From positions 25,277 to 89,276 of the forward strand of contig CAWEKC010000003.1 in the NCBI GenBank assembly GCA_963809665.1: a stretch of 64,000 nucleotides of DNA, given 5' to 3'. This document shows positions 11,301 through 21,260 of the stretch, piece after piece. The notes beneath the pieces were generated by a model. The model did not search any database. It worked only from the letters and a program-made list of their open reading frames with translations, and was not told where the DNA came from. Position numbers and translations under genes: made by a program. Every line of letters begins with the position of its first letter. Positions within the stretch are counted from its first letter, which is position 1. The DNA comes from Candidatus Gottesmanbacteria bacterium (lineage in GTDB: Bacteria; Patescibacteriota; Microgenomatia; UBA10105; UBA927).

Positions 11301-13142
11301 GGTGCGTCTGGACCAACCGGTGCAACAGGAGCCACCGGAAGTGCAGGAGTTAATGGTCCCACAGGGTCAACCGGCGCCACCGGAGGTGCAGGAGCCAACG
11401 GTGCATCAGGTCCTACCGGCGCAACCGGGGCTACCGGGGAAGTAGGAAATGAAGGGCAAGTCGGACGAACCGGTCCTACAGGCTCAACGGGAGCCACGGG
11501 CAATGCTGGAGCAAATGGTCCAACAGGATCTACCGGCGCAACAGGAAATGCTGGAGGAAATGGTGTTGGTGGGCCTACGGGTTCAACCGGCGCAACCGGA
11601 ACTGGCGGAGGCGCCGGTGCCGGAGGTCCGACCGGGTCCACAGGCGCAACAGGTTCCGCCGGAGGCGGAGGAGCAAATGGTCCCACGGGTTCAACGGGTG
11701 CTACTGGTGGAGGTGGAGTAAACGGTCCCACTGGCCGAACAGGAGCCACCGGAGCCACGGGCAATGCTGGAGGCGCCGGTCCCACCGGGTCCACAGGCGC
11801 AACAGGTACTGCTGGCGGCGGAGGAGCCAATGGTCCTACCGGGTCAACAGGCGCAACAGGAAATGCTGGAGGAAATGGTGTTGGTGGTCCCACAGGATCA
11901 ACAGGTGCCACCGGAACTGGCGGAGGTGCCGGTGCCGGAGGCCCGACCGGGTCCACCGGCGCTACTGGTGGAGGCGGAGCAAACGGCCCCACCGGTCGAA
12001 CAGGAGCCACCGGAGCCACAGGGGTTGCAGGTGCGAATGGTCCCAGTGGATCAACCGGCGCAACCGGTGCAGCCGGAGCGATGGGCGCCGGAGGGACTGC
12101 ACTATTAACATCAGTTGCCAACCTTATTCAACCCTACCCGGCAAATGGTCTCAGTTTTGCTTTAGGGAATACCGGCGGCGGAGATCTTACCAATGCAGCC
12201 ACTTCTTCTGCGTACATCGTCTTTTTTGCCGCAAATCAACCCGGCGGTGGTGGATCAGCAGGGGATATTTATATGGGATCTACGTTGACGCTTGGTAATA
12301 ATACGACGGGTGGAACTATTACAACTAAAGATGCAGGAGAAGCGTTAACGATAGATACCAGTACGAACGGATCTATAAGTGTCAGTACGGGGACGACAGG
12401 AAAAACAATTTCAATCGGTACGAACGCATCTGCTGCAAATACAATTGCGATTGGTTCTTCCAATGCATCAGCAACACTTGCTCTTAATGGCGGCGACGAC
12501 TGGTCGGTTTCGACAGCAGGACTTGCGGTACTTGGTGTGACGGCAAACAGTTTTACTTTTAATCCCGGATCAGGTCCTGTGTATGCAGGGACTGCCCGGC
12601 CGACACGTAAAGTGACCCTTACACCCGAATATGCCGGTGCAGTGTTGACAGGGGCAGGGACAGGAACCATGACGTCTGATTTTTGTGAACAAGGGTATAG
12701 TGCCAACATCACGGATACTAATACGGGCGCGTGTGAATCCGGGCAAGTTCACAATTATTACACATGGACATCCGCATCCGGTTCAAATACGTATAGTATA
12801 TATGTACGGTGGAGGGTACCGGACAATTTCTCTGCTACCGGTTGGACATCAGCAGGGACAATTACCAATCCGATTACAGTTTGGGCCCGACGGTCTGATT
12901 CTACTGACGGAACGGTTACCGTAACCCTGTATGATACTGCCGGTACAGCCGAAAATACTACCAGCGGGACCCAAGTGGCGGGGTCCAACAGTACGTGGAC
13001 CCAGACGTCGCTTGAAGCAACACCATTTGAAGGAACGTATACCGCCGGTGGATATATCACCCTGAAGATTGATCTCCAAGTGACTGGTACAGATACAACC
13101 ATGGTAGGTGAGATAGATATTGATTATCTGTCAACAAATTAA
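9072..13142 (+). CDS. Collagen-like protein, C-terminal part. The frame is open from 9072 and the first ATG is at 9459. About 950 GXY triplets are followed by a 345-aa beta-rich C-terminal globular domain (candidate trimerisation or receptor-binding head).
   Basis: Uninterrupted GXY from about 9240 to 12100. The C-terminal segment ([14 protein letters not shown]...[27 protein letters not shown]) is Thr/Ser/Gly-rich and beta-strand-like, reminiscent of BclA/C1q-like or phage-fibre distal domains. Stop TAA at 13140-13142. Confidence 0.65.
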   Translation, partial: WCIRSHRVNGICRITRVIWSDWKYRCNRRCRSQWSHRVNRRNRCRWSQWSHTGGANGASGPTGATGAGGANGPTGATGATGTQGAVGSSGPTGSTGSAGLQGSSGPTGSTGATGGAGANGPTGSTGAGGLQGSSGPTGSTGATGTGGANGASGPTGSTGSAGLQGSSGPTGSTGATGGAGANGPTGSTGATGAGGANGPTGSTGATGAGGANGPTGSTGTGGANGASGPTGATGAGGANGPTGATGATGTQGAVGSSGPTGSTGSAGLQGSSGPTGSTGATGGAGANGPTGSTGTGGANGASGPTGATGAGGANGPTGATGATGTQGAVGSSGPTGSTGSAGLQGSSGPTGSTGATGGAGANGPTGSTGAGGLQGSSGPTGSTGATGTGGANGASGPTGSTGSAGLQGSSGPTGSTGATGGAGANGPTGSTGATGAGGANGPTGSTGATGAGGANGPTGSTGTGGANGASGPTGATGAGGANGPTGATGATGTQGAVGSSGPTGSTGSAGLQGSSGPTGSTGATGGAGANGPTGSTGTGGANGASGPTGATGAGGANGPTGATGATGTQGAVGSSGPTGSTGSAGLQGSSGPTGSTGATGGAGANGPTGSTGAGGLQGSSGPTGSTGATGTGGANGASGPTGSTGSAGLQGSSGPTGSTGATGGAGANGPTGSTGATGAGGANGPTGATGATGTQGAVGSSGPTGSTGSAGLQGSSGPTGSTGATGAGGANGPTGSTGTGGANGASGPTGATGATGSAGVNGPTGSTGATGGAGANGASGPTGATGATGEVGNEGQVGRTGPTGSTGATGNAGANGPTGSTGATGNAGGNGVGGPTGSTGATGTGGGAGAGGPTGSTGATGSAGGGGANGPTGSTGATGGGGVNGPTGRTGATGATGNAGGAGPTGSTGATGTAGGGGANGPTGSTGATGNAGGNGVGGPTGSTGATGTGGGAGAGGPTGSTGATGGGGANGPTGRTGATGATGVAGANGPSGSTGATGAAGAMGAGGTALLTSVANLIQPYPANGLSFALGNTGGGDLTNAATSSAYIVFFAANQPGGGGSAGDIYMGSTLTLGNNTTGGTITTKDAGEALTIDTSTNGSISVSTGTTGKTISIGTNASAANTIAIGSSNASATLALNGGDDWSVSTAGLAVLGVTANSFTFNPGSGPVYAGTARPTRKVTLTPEYAGAVLTGAGTGTMTSDFCEQGYSANITDTNTGACESGQVHNYYTWTSASGSNTYSIYVRWRVPDNFSATGWTSAGTITNPITVWARRSDSTDGTVTVTLYDTAGTAENTTSGTQVAGSNSTWTQTSLEATPFEGTYTAGGYITLKIDLQVTGTDTTMVGEIDIDYLSTN

Positions 13143-13143
13143 T

Positions 13144-16100
13144 ATGAAACACACAATAACGAAGTGGCTGTGTTTCATTACAATATTCAATGTATTGTCA
13201 GGGACTTTAATGCCCGTAGCAGTTGCGCAGGAGTCAGCTTCTACGTCTGCGACATCGGATATATCAAATCCCCCGGAAGCAACACCATCTACCCTTTTGG
13301 ATCAACTTGAGGCAACAGATAGCGCATCCATAAGCGCCATAATTGACACACCGGTTAGTTCAATATCTGCGGATCTTTTGACCCCGACCCCGACACTGGA
13401 AATGCTCACCGGTCCTTCCGGGGTATTATCTCCGTCTGCATCTATGAAAGGCCCACCTCACTTCCGTGCGATGATGAGACACGCGTTTCGGGCAGGAGAA
13501 GTCCCGTCCGTCATTGTTGATGCCCTTACCATATCATCTATAAAAACAACTGTGCGGGATAGTAAAGGTACGGTTATAGACAGCACCCCTTCTATAGAAA
13601 CGTATGACGGGGGAATACGTGTGTCCGTCATCCCGAAAACGTCCATGAAACCCGGGAAATATACAATAGTTATTGAAGACACCTCGACCGGAATGACCAT
13701 TACGCAGGATTTTTTATGGGGGGTCTTGGCTTTCAATACGGATCAGGCGACATACAATCCCGGAGATACGGCAGACATTGCGCTTGCGGTGTTGGATGAT
13801 ATAGGTATGATGGTTTGTGACGCAGATGTAACCCTTACTATTCTCAGTCCGGCGAGAACAACAACAACACTTTCTACTGCGGACGGGACGATCCGTGTAA
13901 CGCCGGCGTGTACACTTCATGATTTTACCCTCAAACCCGATTACGAGACCGAATTTCAAACATCCGATGAGGGAGTCTATCAGGTTTTGTTGTCTGCAAC
14001 GACAAAAAACGGCACCAATGCGATTCAGGATTCATTTCAGGTATCATCCGATATGCCGTTTCAGGTGAAACGAATAAGTGCGACCCGTATTTATCCGCCG
14101 AAACCGTATCCGATGACTATCGATATTACCGCCAATGAAGATTTTTCAGGGATTGTGACCGAAACGGTTCCAGAAGATTTTACCATTATGCCTCTTGCCG
14201 GGGTACAGCCGTATGCCGATATGGGGGCGGCCGCTCCCGTCACGGAGCCGCAAACACCCATACTGCTGAGCATGCCGTTTGAGGGGAATTACCCGGTGAC
14301 GCTCGGGTTTGGCGACCGTATTAAGGATCCGCAGGTGAAACAACTGTACGAGCAGAATGGTTTAAAAGGTCACGACGGAGCGGATTTTGCCATGCCAATC
14401 GGTACGCAGGTATTGGCAGTTGACGCGGGGACGGTTTCCCGTATTGCGGATAATCCGTACGGGACAACGGTTGTTATTGATCACCCGTGGGGACGAAGTT
14501 ATTATGGGCATCTGAGTGTTGTGCAGGTTAAAGTTGGGGACATGGTCAAGAAAGACGCGCCCATTGCGTTATCAGGGAATACGGGTCTTACGACCGGAGC
14601 GCATTTGCATTTTGGCATGAAACTGACAACAAATGATGTGAACAACGGGTATTACGGGAAAATAGACCCGATGCCGTACTTGACCTCATCGGTGACATAT
14701 CAATCCGAAAGCAAAGGAAAACAGATTTCCTGGAATGTGGATATCAAATCCGGTGAAAAAATTCAACTCGGTTATACATTTAAAGCGCCTGAGGTCAGCC
14801 CGCGATTTTATCTGATCGGACCGCTCACGTTCCGCGCGTCAAATCCCGCGGAGCCTGCTCCTGCCGTACCTGCGGATAATCCGTTTGTCCTGGGAATCGC
14901 TTCTGCAAGCGCGGCACCTTCGGAGGCGTCCGGGTCGGCAACAGCCACACCGTCGGCCGTTCTAGCAGCGACTGCTGCTGCACCAACAAATAGTATAGTG
15001 TATCAGGAGCCGCGCCGTTGGCAGATTGCGGCGGACGCAGTCGGTTTCATTGGGAGTGTCAGTAACGTTGGCAACACCAGTGGAGGCGATGTCACACTCA
15101 CTCTCTCAGGTCTTGGGCTTCAAGAGGATGATCTTGTTATTGCTGCCTACAGTATCGCTGATGCTGACAATGTTGATATGGCTATGGCGGAGGTGGGCGG
15201 GATTGGGGGATGGACGGAGGTTGCCGACTTGTTCTCTGATGATACGTATGATGCTAATCTCGGCGTATATTACAAGGTGATGGGTGCGTCACCGGACGCA
15301 TCGGTGATATTTGATGGTGTGGGCGGTACTGACACTCAAACAGGCGCGGTAGCGATGGCTTTCCGGGGCGTGGATCCGACGACCCCGATGGACGTGGCGG
15401 CGACCACAGTCTCGGGCGCCTCGGGTCTCAACACTATGCATCCCAACCCGCCATCCATTAATCACAATAATCCCTCCGGCGTCTGGACGGTTATCGCTGG
15501 CAGCAATGTCAATGGTACCCAAGGCGCCCGAACCTTCACGTTCCCGACCGGCTACACAACAAACGCGGTTCAGCGATCCTCAAATGATACCAGTGATGGT
15601 ATTGTCGGACTGGGGTATCGGACGAATCCCTCTGATCCCGAAGATCCCGGCCAGATGACTGCCAGCGGCACCGATGGCACCGGTTACGCTTTTGCCGCCG
15701 TCACCATGGCGCTCAGGCCCGCGCCTGAAGTTCCCGGCATTGACGGGTCGCTGGGCAAAACGTCTGACGGATGGGCCGGGGCAGTACCGGTTTATGGGAC
15801 GTTAACCGGTGGGTTAAGCCAGGGCGATTATCCGTATGCCAGGGCAGAGGTAACCACCGCTGCGAGCCAAACTTTCTATACAGATATGACCTGGGATAGC
15901 GGAGACAGCCGGTTTGAAGGCACAATTTATCCCGGTTCTAATTATTGTATGGGATGCGATGATCCGACATACGGTACGTTCAGTGTGACCGTGGAGTTGG
16001 ATGATAATGCCGGTTTTTCCTCCATTGATTATTCCTCCGACGCAGCCACATTTTCAACGGTCAGAACATACAAGAGGAGTTCTATGGATAATGTAACAAA

Positions 16101-17436
16101 CACTAACTATACTGATTTCAATCCGGTTTGGAGCACTGACCACTGGAATATGTCGATAAGTGATTTTGGGTTTGCTATGCAGAGCGGCACGGGCACAAAT
16201 TTTGCCGTTGCCGTTCCTATCCATCCTGACACGTCATCCCCGAGCAATTTTACCGTAGCCTATAACGGCTCGAGTGTTTCTGCGGGTAGTGCCGAATCAA
16301 CGTCTAACGCCTGGTGGTACAACAGCACATCCCACACACTATATCTGCAATTTGCCTCGCTGACAACCACACTGGTTGATGTGGATATTACGTTTGATAC
16401 CGACACGGACCTTTTCGCTACCAGGTTCAACTGGACGTATACGGCAGACATGGGTTCCCGTCGTTACGCGAACGGCATAATCATTGCCAACCAATACCTT
16501 ACTGCTCCCATATACGGACTGCCTCAAGCTGATTGCGCCAACGACAATGAGTGTGAAGCGGCCGGCATGCAGGCGGAGACGCGCGCCCATGAAGCAGGAG
16601 GACCCGACGAGTCCACCGACTGCATGGAACGGCCCGCGGTCCACGTGGATGATACGCCCGTAGCCGACAACAGGACGCTGGGATATCGGTATGATATCAA
16701 ATGGAAACCAACAGAATGGGCGGACTGGATAACGGAACAGGACAATAATCATTTTGTCATCGTCGAAAATTCGGATGACACGGCAACGACCGGCTGGGGT
16801 CAGCAATTGGACAATGGTATTGCCGCGTTAAGAACCCAAACGTATTATGCAGGGGAAAGATATATCAAGAATGTGTACGCCTTTACCAATAATGATTCCT
16901 CATCACATAAATATCCGATGGTCTGGGAGCGCGAACAATGGCACGCAACCGACAGGCAGGCGAACGATCACGGAAGATTCCAGGGCGATACGTCGGATGT
17001 GGTCATGGAACAAAGGGTATCAATGTCAGGGTACACCTGTCCCTGGCAGACTGCGTATGACAGCGGGACATATATTAATATGGGATTGGTTTATGACAAA
17101 AACAACCTTCCGGATTATGGTATTTTTGCAGTAGAGCCCTTTTTGGCACCGGATACGGCGGAATGGCCGATCGGTATAACAAGCAGTCACGGTACCCAGA
17201 CAACCGATCAGACCGGATTTGAAAAGACCTGGAGTTCGGTGGCTCCCGATGAAACAGTGAGTTTCACTTTCTGGCACGTTCATAACGCCGAAAGTTCCTG
17301 GGCAAACATAGAGTCTGCCATGGATGCAGATTGTGCAGAACTCAATACGTCTGCTCCGTCCGGTCCCACCACCGATCAGCAGATGCGCCACGGTAAATGG
17401 TTTGACAGTGGGGTAGAGCAGGGGTTTACATTCTAG
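13144..17436 (+). CDS. Giant secreted protein (about 1430 aa) with an embedded M23/LytM peptidoglycan endopeptidase domain
   Basis: Signal peptide MKHTITKWLCFITIFNVLSGTLMPVAVAQE. M23 motifs are present: HDGADFAMPIGTQVLAVDAGTV...YGTTVVIDHP...GHLS...SGNTGLTTGAHLHFG (HxxxD...HxH). Big-like beta domains lie N-terminal, and a long Cys-containing C-terminal region has unknown function. The gene starts 2 nt after the collagen gene stop (the ORF track starts at 13120, but the ATG at 13144 follows the stop). Confidence 0.75.
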   Translation: MKHTITKWLCFITIFNVLSGTLMPVAVAQESASTSATSDISNPPEATPSTLLDQLEATDSASISAIIDTPVSSISADLLTPTPTLEMLTGPSGVLSPSASMKGPPHFRAMMRHAFRAGEVPSVIVDALTISSIKTTVRDSKGTVIDSTPSIETYDGGIRVSVIPKTSMKPGKYTIVIEDTSTGMTITQDFLWGVLAFNTDQATYNPGDTADIALAVLDDIGMMVCDADVTLTILSPARTTTTLSTADGTIRVTPACTLHDFTLKPDYETEFQTSDEGVYQVLLSATTKNGTNAIQDSFQVSSDMPFQVKRISATRIYPPKPYPMTIDITANEDFSGIVTETVPEDFTIMPLAGVQPYADMGAAAPVTEPQTPILLSMPFEGNYPVTLGFGDRIKDPQVKQLYEQNGLKGHDGADFAMPIGTQVLAVDAGTVSRIADNPYGTTVVIDHPWGRSYYGHLSVVQVKVGDMVKKDAPIALSGNTGLTTGAHLHFGMKLTTNDVNNGYYGKIDPMPYLTSSVTYQSESKGKQISWNVDIKSGEKIQLGYTFKAPEVSPRFYLIGPLTFRASNPAEPAPAVPADNPFVLGIASASAAPSEASGSATATPSAVLAATAAAPTNSIVYQEPRRWQIAADAVGFIGSVSNVGNTSGGDVTLTLSGLGLQEDDLVIAAYSIADADNVDMAMAEVGGIGGWTEVADLFSDDTYDANLGVYYKVMGASPDASVIFDGVGGTDTQTGAVAMAFRGVDPTTPMDVAATTVSGASGLNTMHPNPPSINHNNPSGVWTVIAGSNVNGTQGARTFTFPTGYTTNAVQRSSNDTSDGIVGLGYRTNPSDPEDPGQMTASGTDGTGYAFAAVTMALRPAPEVPGIDGSLGKTSDGWAGAVPVYGTLTGGLSQGDYPYARAEVTTAASQTFYTDMTWDSGDSRFEGTIYPGSNYCMGCDDPTYGTFSVTVELDDNAGFSSIDYSSDAATFSTVRTYKRSSMDNVTNTNYTDFNPVWSTDHWNMSISDFGFAMQSGTGTNFAVAVPIHPDTSSPSNFTVAYNGSSVSAGSAESTSNAWWYNSTSHTLYLQFASLTTTLVDVDITFDTDTDLFATRFNWTYTADMGSRRYANGIIIANQYLTAPIYGLPQADCANDNECEAAGMQAETRAHEAGGPDESTDCMERPAVHVDDTPVADNRTLGYRYDIKWKPTEWADWITEQDNNHFVIVENSDDTATTGWGQQLDNGIAALRTQTYYAGERYIKNVYAFTNNDSSSHKYPMVWEREQWHATDRQANDHGRFQGDTSDVVMEQRVSMSGYTCPWQTAYDSGTYINMGLVYDKNNLPDYGIFAVEPFLAPDTAEWPIGITSSHGTQTTDQTGFEKTWSSVAPDETVSFTFWHVHNAESSWANIESAMDADCAELNTSAPSGPTTDQQMRHGKWFDSGVEQGFTF

Positions 17437-17446
17437 CCTTGAATGT

Positions 17447-17464
17447 TACTTGTTTTTACAAGTA
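17447..17464. promoter_or_regulatory. Perfect palindrome TACTTGT-TTTT-ACAAGTA between the M23 gene and the next gene: possible operator or weak terminator hairpin
   Basis: Seen directly in the sequence: 7-bp inverted repeat with a 4-nt spacer and no T-tract after it. Confidence 0.25.
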
Positions 17465-17525
17465 TGTACCAAAAATTGATATAGTTTATACTTCTGGATT
17501 CAAACAGTATTCTGCACCCCCGGTA

Positions 17526-17553
17526 TTGCAATTACACGTTCAGTCCCTATAAT
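17526..17553 (+). promoter_or_regulatory. Sigma70-like promoter TTGCAA-16-TATAAT, 7 nt upstream of the ATG at 17561 (near-leaderless)
   Basis: TTGCAA at 17526-17531 and TATAAT at 17548-17553. Confidence 0.4.
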
Positions 17554-17560
17554 ATGTCCT

Positions 17561-18289
17561 ATGGCCGTACCGTTACTTTCCCGTAAATATATACTCATAC
17601 TTGGGACAGTGATTCTTCTTATTGCTGCTGCCGCCCCGTCCGTTTATTTCTATCGTCAGTATCAAACCCTTCAAACACAAGTGACTAGAACGGAGACAAA
17701 GGATGACGTGGGCGCATTGACGGCCCGGGTCGGCAAACACATTTTGCTACCCACCGGTGAAACGCCGACGGTGATGACGGTAACGGATAAAGAAAAGCTT
17801 TCCGGTCAGCTGTTCTTTGCCAATTCAAAAAACGGGGATAAGGTGCTGGTGTACGAGAAAGCAAAAAAAGCATTTCTGTATGATCCTGTTGCGGATATTG
17901 TCATAGAGGTGGGGCCTATTGTGGTAACCGCTTCTTCCTCCGGGACACTTTCCACTGCGGTGCCGACGTCGGGGACAAGTTCGGCAACACTGACACCGGC
18001 GTTGCAAAAGACCTATACGTTTGCGCTCCTTAATGCAACACAAGTGTCAGGGCTGACAAAAACATTTGAAGTGAAACTACGGTCCGCCGTGCCTACTGCG
18101 CAGGTTGTATCGCGCGGTAATGCCAAAGGTGATTACTCCACATCGCTGCTTGTGGATGTAGCAGGGACACATAAAGAAGAAATGTCCGTACTTTCGCAGA
18201 CATTAGGGCTGAGCGTGTCTCCGTTGCCGGCCGGTGAATCGACACCTTCGGCGGATTTTCTCATAATATTAGCTGACAATAAAGAGTAA
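17561..18289 (+). CDS. Membrane-anchored LytR_C (LytR/CpsA/Psr C-terminal) domain protein
   Basis: N-terminal TM (ILILGTVILLIAAAAPSVYFY). The C-terminus (TYTFALLNATQVSGLTKTFEVKLRSA...RGNAKGDYSTSLLVDVAG...ADFLIILADN) matches the LytR_C pattern. Confidence 0.5.
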   Translation: MAVPLLSRKYILILGTVILLIAAAAPSVYFYRQYQTLQTQVTRTETKDDVGALTARVGKHILLPTGETPTVMTVTDKEKLSGQLFFANSKNGDKVLVYEKAKKAFLYDPVADIVIEVGPIVVTASSSGTLSTAVPTSGTSSATLTPALQKTYTFALLNATQVSGLTKTFEVKLRSAVPTAQVVSRGNAKGDYSTSLLVDVAGTHKEEMSVLSQTLGLSVSPLPAGESTPSADFLIILADNKE

Positions 18290-18360
18290 TCTTCTTGCTC
18301 CGGAGCCGCCGTTTTTTCTTGCAAAACGCTTTGTATCGTGCCATACTGTTTTTGCAACGT

Positions 18361-19131
18361 ATGTCTGATAATTTGCCGACGAACCCCATATTTGCCGATT
18401 TAGCCACAGAGCATGTACTCACGACGTTTTTCGAGCATATGCCGCTGTTAGGCGTCGGGCTTGATACCCAGGGGAAGGTCACATACATCAACCCGTTTTT
18501 TTTGACCGTCACGGGTTTCACATCCGAAGAAGTGATCGGGAAAAACTGGTTTGAGACATTTATCCCGCAACAGCAGCGTACCATGCTTGTTTCAACATTT
18601 ACGGAAATTCTTGCGAAGGAAAGTTTTACGCGGTACGAAAACGCTATTTTTACGAAATCCGGCGAACTGCGGCAAATCTCGTGGACAAATGCAGTTCTTA
18701 AAAACACTGCCGGGAAACCATCGGGTACGCTGAGTATCGGTGAAGATATAAGCAATCTGAAAAACGCGGAAGAATCCTTGCTGGAGAGCGAGGAACGGTT
18801 CCGGATCATGTCTGAATTGTCGCAGGAGGGTATTGCCATCCACGATCACGGCGTTATAGTATTTTGTAACCGGAAACTTTCGGACATGTCAGGATATACT
18901 GTTGCCGAAATGGTCGGCAAAAACGTTCTCTCATTCTTCCCGCCGGAGTCACAGGCCATTATGAAGAAACATATCGACGGAGAAATGGAAGGATGTTACA
19001 AGGTTATAGGGAATAAAAAAGACGGGGGAACCATGTCGGTCGAAATATGCGGTAAAATGGGAGAATACCGCGGCCACCGGGTCCGGATGACAACGTTACG
19101 GGAGCTTACCGGCTCAGACAGCGCAACATAA
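18361..19131 (+). CDS. Tandem PAS-domain protein with no output domain (the ORF track starts at 18295; the ATG at 18361 is more plausible)
   Basis: Two PAS-like blocks (FFLTVTGFTSEEVIGKNWFETFIP... and RFRIMSELSQEGIAIHDHGVIVFCNRKLSDMSGYTVAEMVGKNV...). Confidence 0.6.
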   Translation: MSDNLPTNPIFADLATEHVLTTFFEHMPLLGVGLDTQGKVTYINPFFLTVTGFTSEEVIGKNWFETFIPQQQRTMLVSTFTEILAKESFTRYENAIFTKSGELRQISWTNAVLKNTAGKPSGTLSIGEDISNLKNAEESLLESEERFRIMSELSQEGIAIHDHGVIVFCNRKLSDMSGYTVAEMVGKNVLSFFPPESQAIMKKHIDGEMEGCYKVIGNKKDGGTMSVEICGKMGEYRGHRVRMTTLRELTGSDSAT

Positions 19132-19184
19132 GGGGATCTTCTGCCGCATTGGTTTTTATTAGAAGATACGGTATAATTCTACTC

Positions 19185-19496
19185 ATGAGTTTCCACGACG
19201 ATAAACTTTGGCAGGAAGCATATACGTCGGTCATCGATCTGTGTGCCCTTACGGATGAAAATGAAGTGTGCAAGCAGGCACAGAAATTAGGACTTAAAAC
19301 CCTCACAATCATCGCAGATGGCCTATCGCGACGTGACCGCAGGGAGCGCGACATGAAGCTTAGGGAAGCAGCCGGAAAAGTCGCCGGAGTACGGAGTTTA
19401 CTCTCGGTTGCCTGGGCGCAGGATGCCGTGAATGATGATACGTTTGCAAAGCTTGACGGTGCATACGAATCCCTGGGAAATAAACTTCCAAAGTGA
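19185..19496 (+). CDS. Four-helix-bundle protein (23S rRNA intervening-sequence protein family-like)
   Basis: IADGLSRR and AAGKVAGVRSLLSVAWAQ resemble the IAEGsgR / ArGSlaEl motifs of TIGR02436-type proteins. Weak. Confidence 0.35.
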   Translation: MSFHDDKLWQEAYTSVIDLCALTDENEVCKQAQKLGLKTLTIIADGLSRRDRRERDMKLREAAGKVAGVRSLLSVAWAQDAVNDDTFAKLDGAYESLGNKLPK

Positions 19497-20128
19497 GCAC
19501 AATTGATATTATCCCCGGTATTTTGGAAAAAGAGTGGGAAATGGTTGAAGAGCGGCTTCGCCTGGTGACCGGGCTTACGGACTGGGTGCAGATCGGATTT
19601 GCAGATAATACACTAGTTCCTACGACCACATTCCTTGATTTCACAAAATTTGCTCTGCCTGCAAAGACTATATCACTTGAAGCGCATTTGATGGTCACAT
19701 CCCCTGAAAAGTATATCAAAGCAGCGTCGGATGCCGGTTTTAAACGGTTGATTGCCCATGTGGAAGCAGACGACCCCAGAGTATTTTTTGATCAGGTGAA
19801 ATATGAACAATTGGAAGTTGGCATAGCCATTGACGGACCGACGGAATTTGAGACGGTAGAGCCGTTTTTAGAGGAAGTGGATTTTGTCCTGGTGATGACG
19901 GCCGAAGCCGGGTTTTCCGGCGGGACCTTTTTACCTGAATGCATTGATAAAATCAAATCGATTCACTCGTATTTACCCGACTTGCCTATAGAAGTATCAG
20001 GAGGAATACAGGATACGACAGCGCGTCTGGTTGGTGATGCAGGGGCCGCACGTTTGGTATCCTCAAGCTACATATTTAAAGACCCCGCAAACGTTGCCTC
20101 GGCCTTGGACCGTCTCAGGAATTTGTGA
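19493..20128 (+). CDS. rpe: Ribulose-phosphate 3-epimerase family protein
   Basis: IIPGILEKEWEMVEERL...HLMV...VEVSGGI pattern of RPE TIM-barrel proteins. Confidence 0.55.
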   Translation: MSTIDIIPGILEKEWEMVEERLRLVTGLTDWVQIGFADNTLVPTTTFLDFTKFALPAKTISLEAHLMVTSPEKYIKAASDAGFKRLIAHVEADDPRVFFDQVKYEQLEVGIAIDGPTEFETVEPFLEEVDFVLVMTAEAGFSGGTFLPECIDKIKSIHSYLPDLPIEVSGGIQDTTARLVGDAGAARLVSSSYIFKDPANVASALDRLRNL

Positions 20129-20777
20129 TGATATCTATTGCGTGCGATGTGCCGATACGGGCAACACCGGCATCGATAAACGCTTTTGCCTCCGTATAGG
20201 TATTTATGCCGCCGGCAACTTTGATTTTCATTGCCGGTCCCACGGCTTCACGCACAATTTTTACGTCTTCAACCGACGGGCCTCTGGGCCCCATGCCGGA
20301 ACCGATTTTTACAAAATCTGCGCCGGATTGTTGGATCGCCAGAGCCATTTGTTTCATTTGATCTGCCGAATTCAGGTATCCGGGATCGAGGATAAACTTC
20401 ACGATTACGGGCCGGCCTACCATCCGCGCGCCTTCAACAATGGTTTTCATTTCGTTTAGAAATCCGTCGGTGTCGCCGGCTAAGAATGTGCCGATATTGG
20501 GGACGATATCCAACTCGTTTGCGCCGAGAGTAACCGCTTCGTTTGCAGCGGCAACTTTGGACGCAACCGTATCCTGTCCCAGGGGAAAAGATACGACCGT
20601 GCCGACCAGCGCTTTCCCGTTTAATAATTTTTTGGCAAACGCGATATAGGCGGCGTTGACAAATGCGGCATGGAACCCATATTTGATGACGTTTGCCGTC
20701 AGCTCTTCAATATTTGCCGGCGTCGCCGCCGCATGGTGATTGGCATAATCGAGATATTGGGCAAAAGGATGGGGCAT
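20115..20777 (-). CDS. deoC: Deoxyribose-phosphate aldolase
   Basis: VKFILDPGYL...FVKIGSGMGPRG...KIKVAGGINTYTEA resembles DeoC class I aldolase. Confidence 0.65.
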   Translation of the reverse strand: MPHPFAQYLDYANHHAAATPANIEELTANVIKYGFHAAFVNAAYIAFAKKLLNGKALVGTVVSFPLGQDTVASKVAAANEAVTLGANELDIVPNIGTFLAGDTDGFLNEMKTIVEGARMVGRPVIVKFILDPGYLNSADQMKQMALAIQQSGADFVKIGSGMGPRGPSVEDVKIVREAVGPAMKIKVAGGINTYTEAKAFIDAGVARIGTSHAIDIITNS

Positions 20778-20813
20778 TACGAGTAGTATATCAGATAAAA
20801 CAGGGTGGGAATA

Positions 20814-21188
20814 TTATTTCTTCTTGTATAGCCGTGACAGTAATTCAAGATTATTTTGTGCATCATCGGCATCCATACCGCGGATAAGTTGGCCCATATG
20901 ACTGATAAGCTCTTTCGGATTTGGTGTCCGGAGGTTAATTTCGTCTGTTAACGCGCCGCGGATGTGTTTCAGGGCTTTTTCCGGATCAGGAAAAATTGCA
21001 TGGCTGTAGGTTTTTCCCTTGAATTCCTCGTCCCGTAACCGGCGCATTTCTTCAACCGGAAGGTTATAAAGAGGAATCCCCTGATATTTTTTTTGTACCT
21101 GCTCGAGAATCAGGTTTTGAACTTTGGGACCGAGCTTTTTAAATCCAAATTCTTCCTGTTTCTCTTTTTTTTCTTCTGAATGGCTCAT
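20814..21188 (-). CDS. Lys/Glu-rich hypothetical protein
   Basis: 124-aa ORF with no recognisable motif. Confidence 0.35.
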   Translation of the reverse strand: MSHSEEKKEKQEEFGFKKLGPKVQNLILEQVQKKYQGIPLYNLPVEEMRRLRDEEFKGKTYSHAIFPDPEKALKHIRGALTDEINLRTPNPKELISHMGQLIRGMDADDAQNNLELLSRLYKKK

Positions 21189-21260
21189 AGCAAAGACCTA
21201 AACATAGTCTGTACAGGTGAATTATATCAGAAAGTAACAACAAGTGTGTATAATACTATC

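Noticed and set aside
9238-11445. 735-aa sense-strand ORF in the +1 frame of the repeat ([17 protein letters not shown]...)
   Set aside because: A shifted-frame reading of the same 729-bp repeats. The Gly-X-Y frame (9072..13142) is the coherent one and continues into a proper C-terminal domain.
9068-12121. 1017-aa antisense ORF encoding a PV-rich protein (APVDPVGP...), plus similar antisense ORFs at 3180-4028, 4098-4811, 5214-5855, 6341-7009, 7232-8065 and 7975-8988
   Set aside because: These are reverse-complement images of the Gly-X-Y coding repeat (GGN read backwards gives NCC, Pro/Ala/Val). They are stop-free only because of the periodic low-complexity repeat and are not independent genes.
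13120-13143. ORF-track start of the M23 giant gene at 13120
   Set aside because: That start lies inside the upstream collagen gene before its stop. The ATG at 13144 directly follows the TAA and begins a proper signal peptide.
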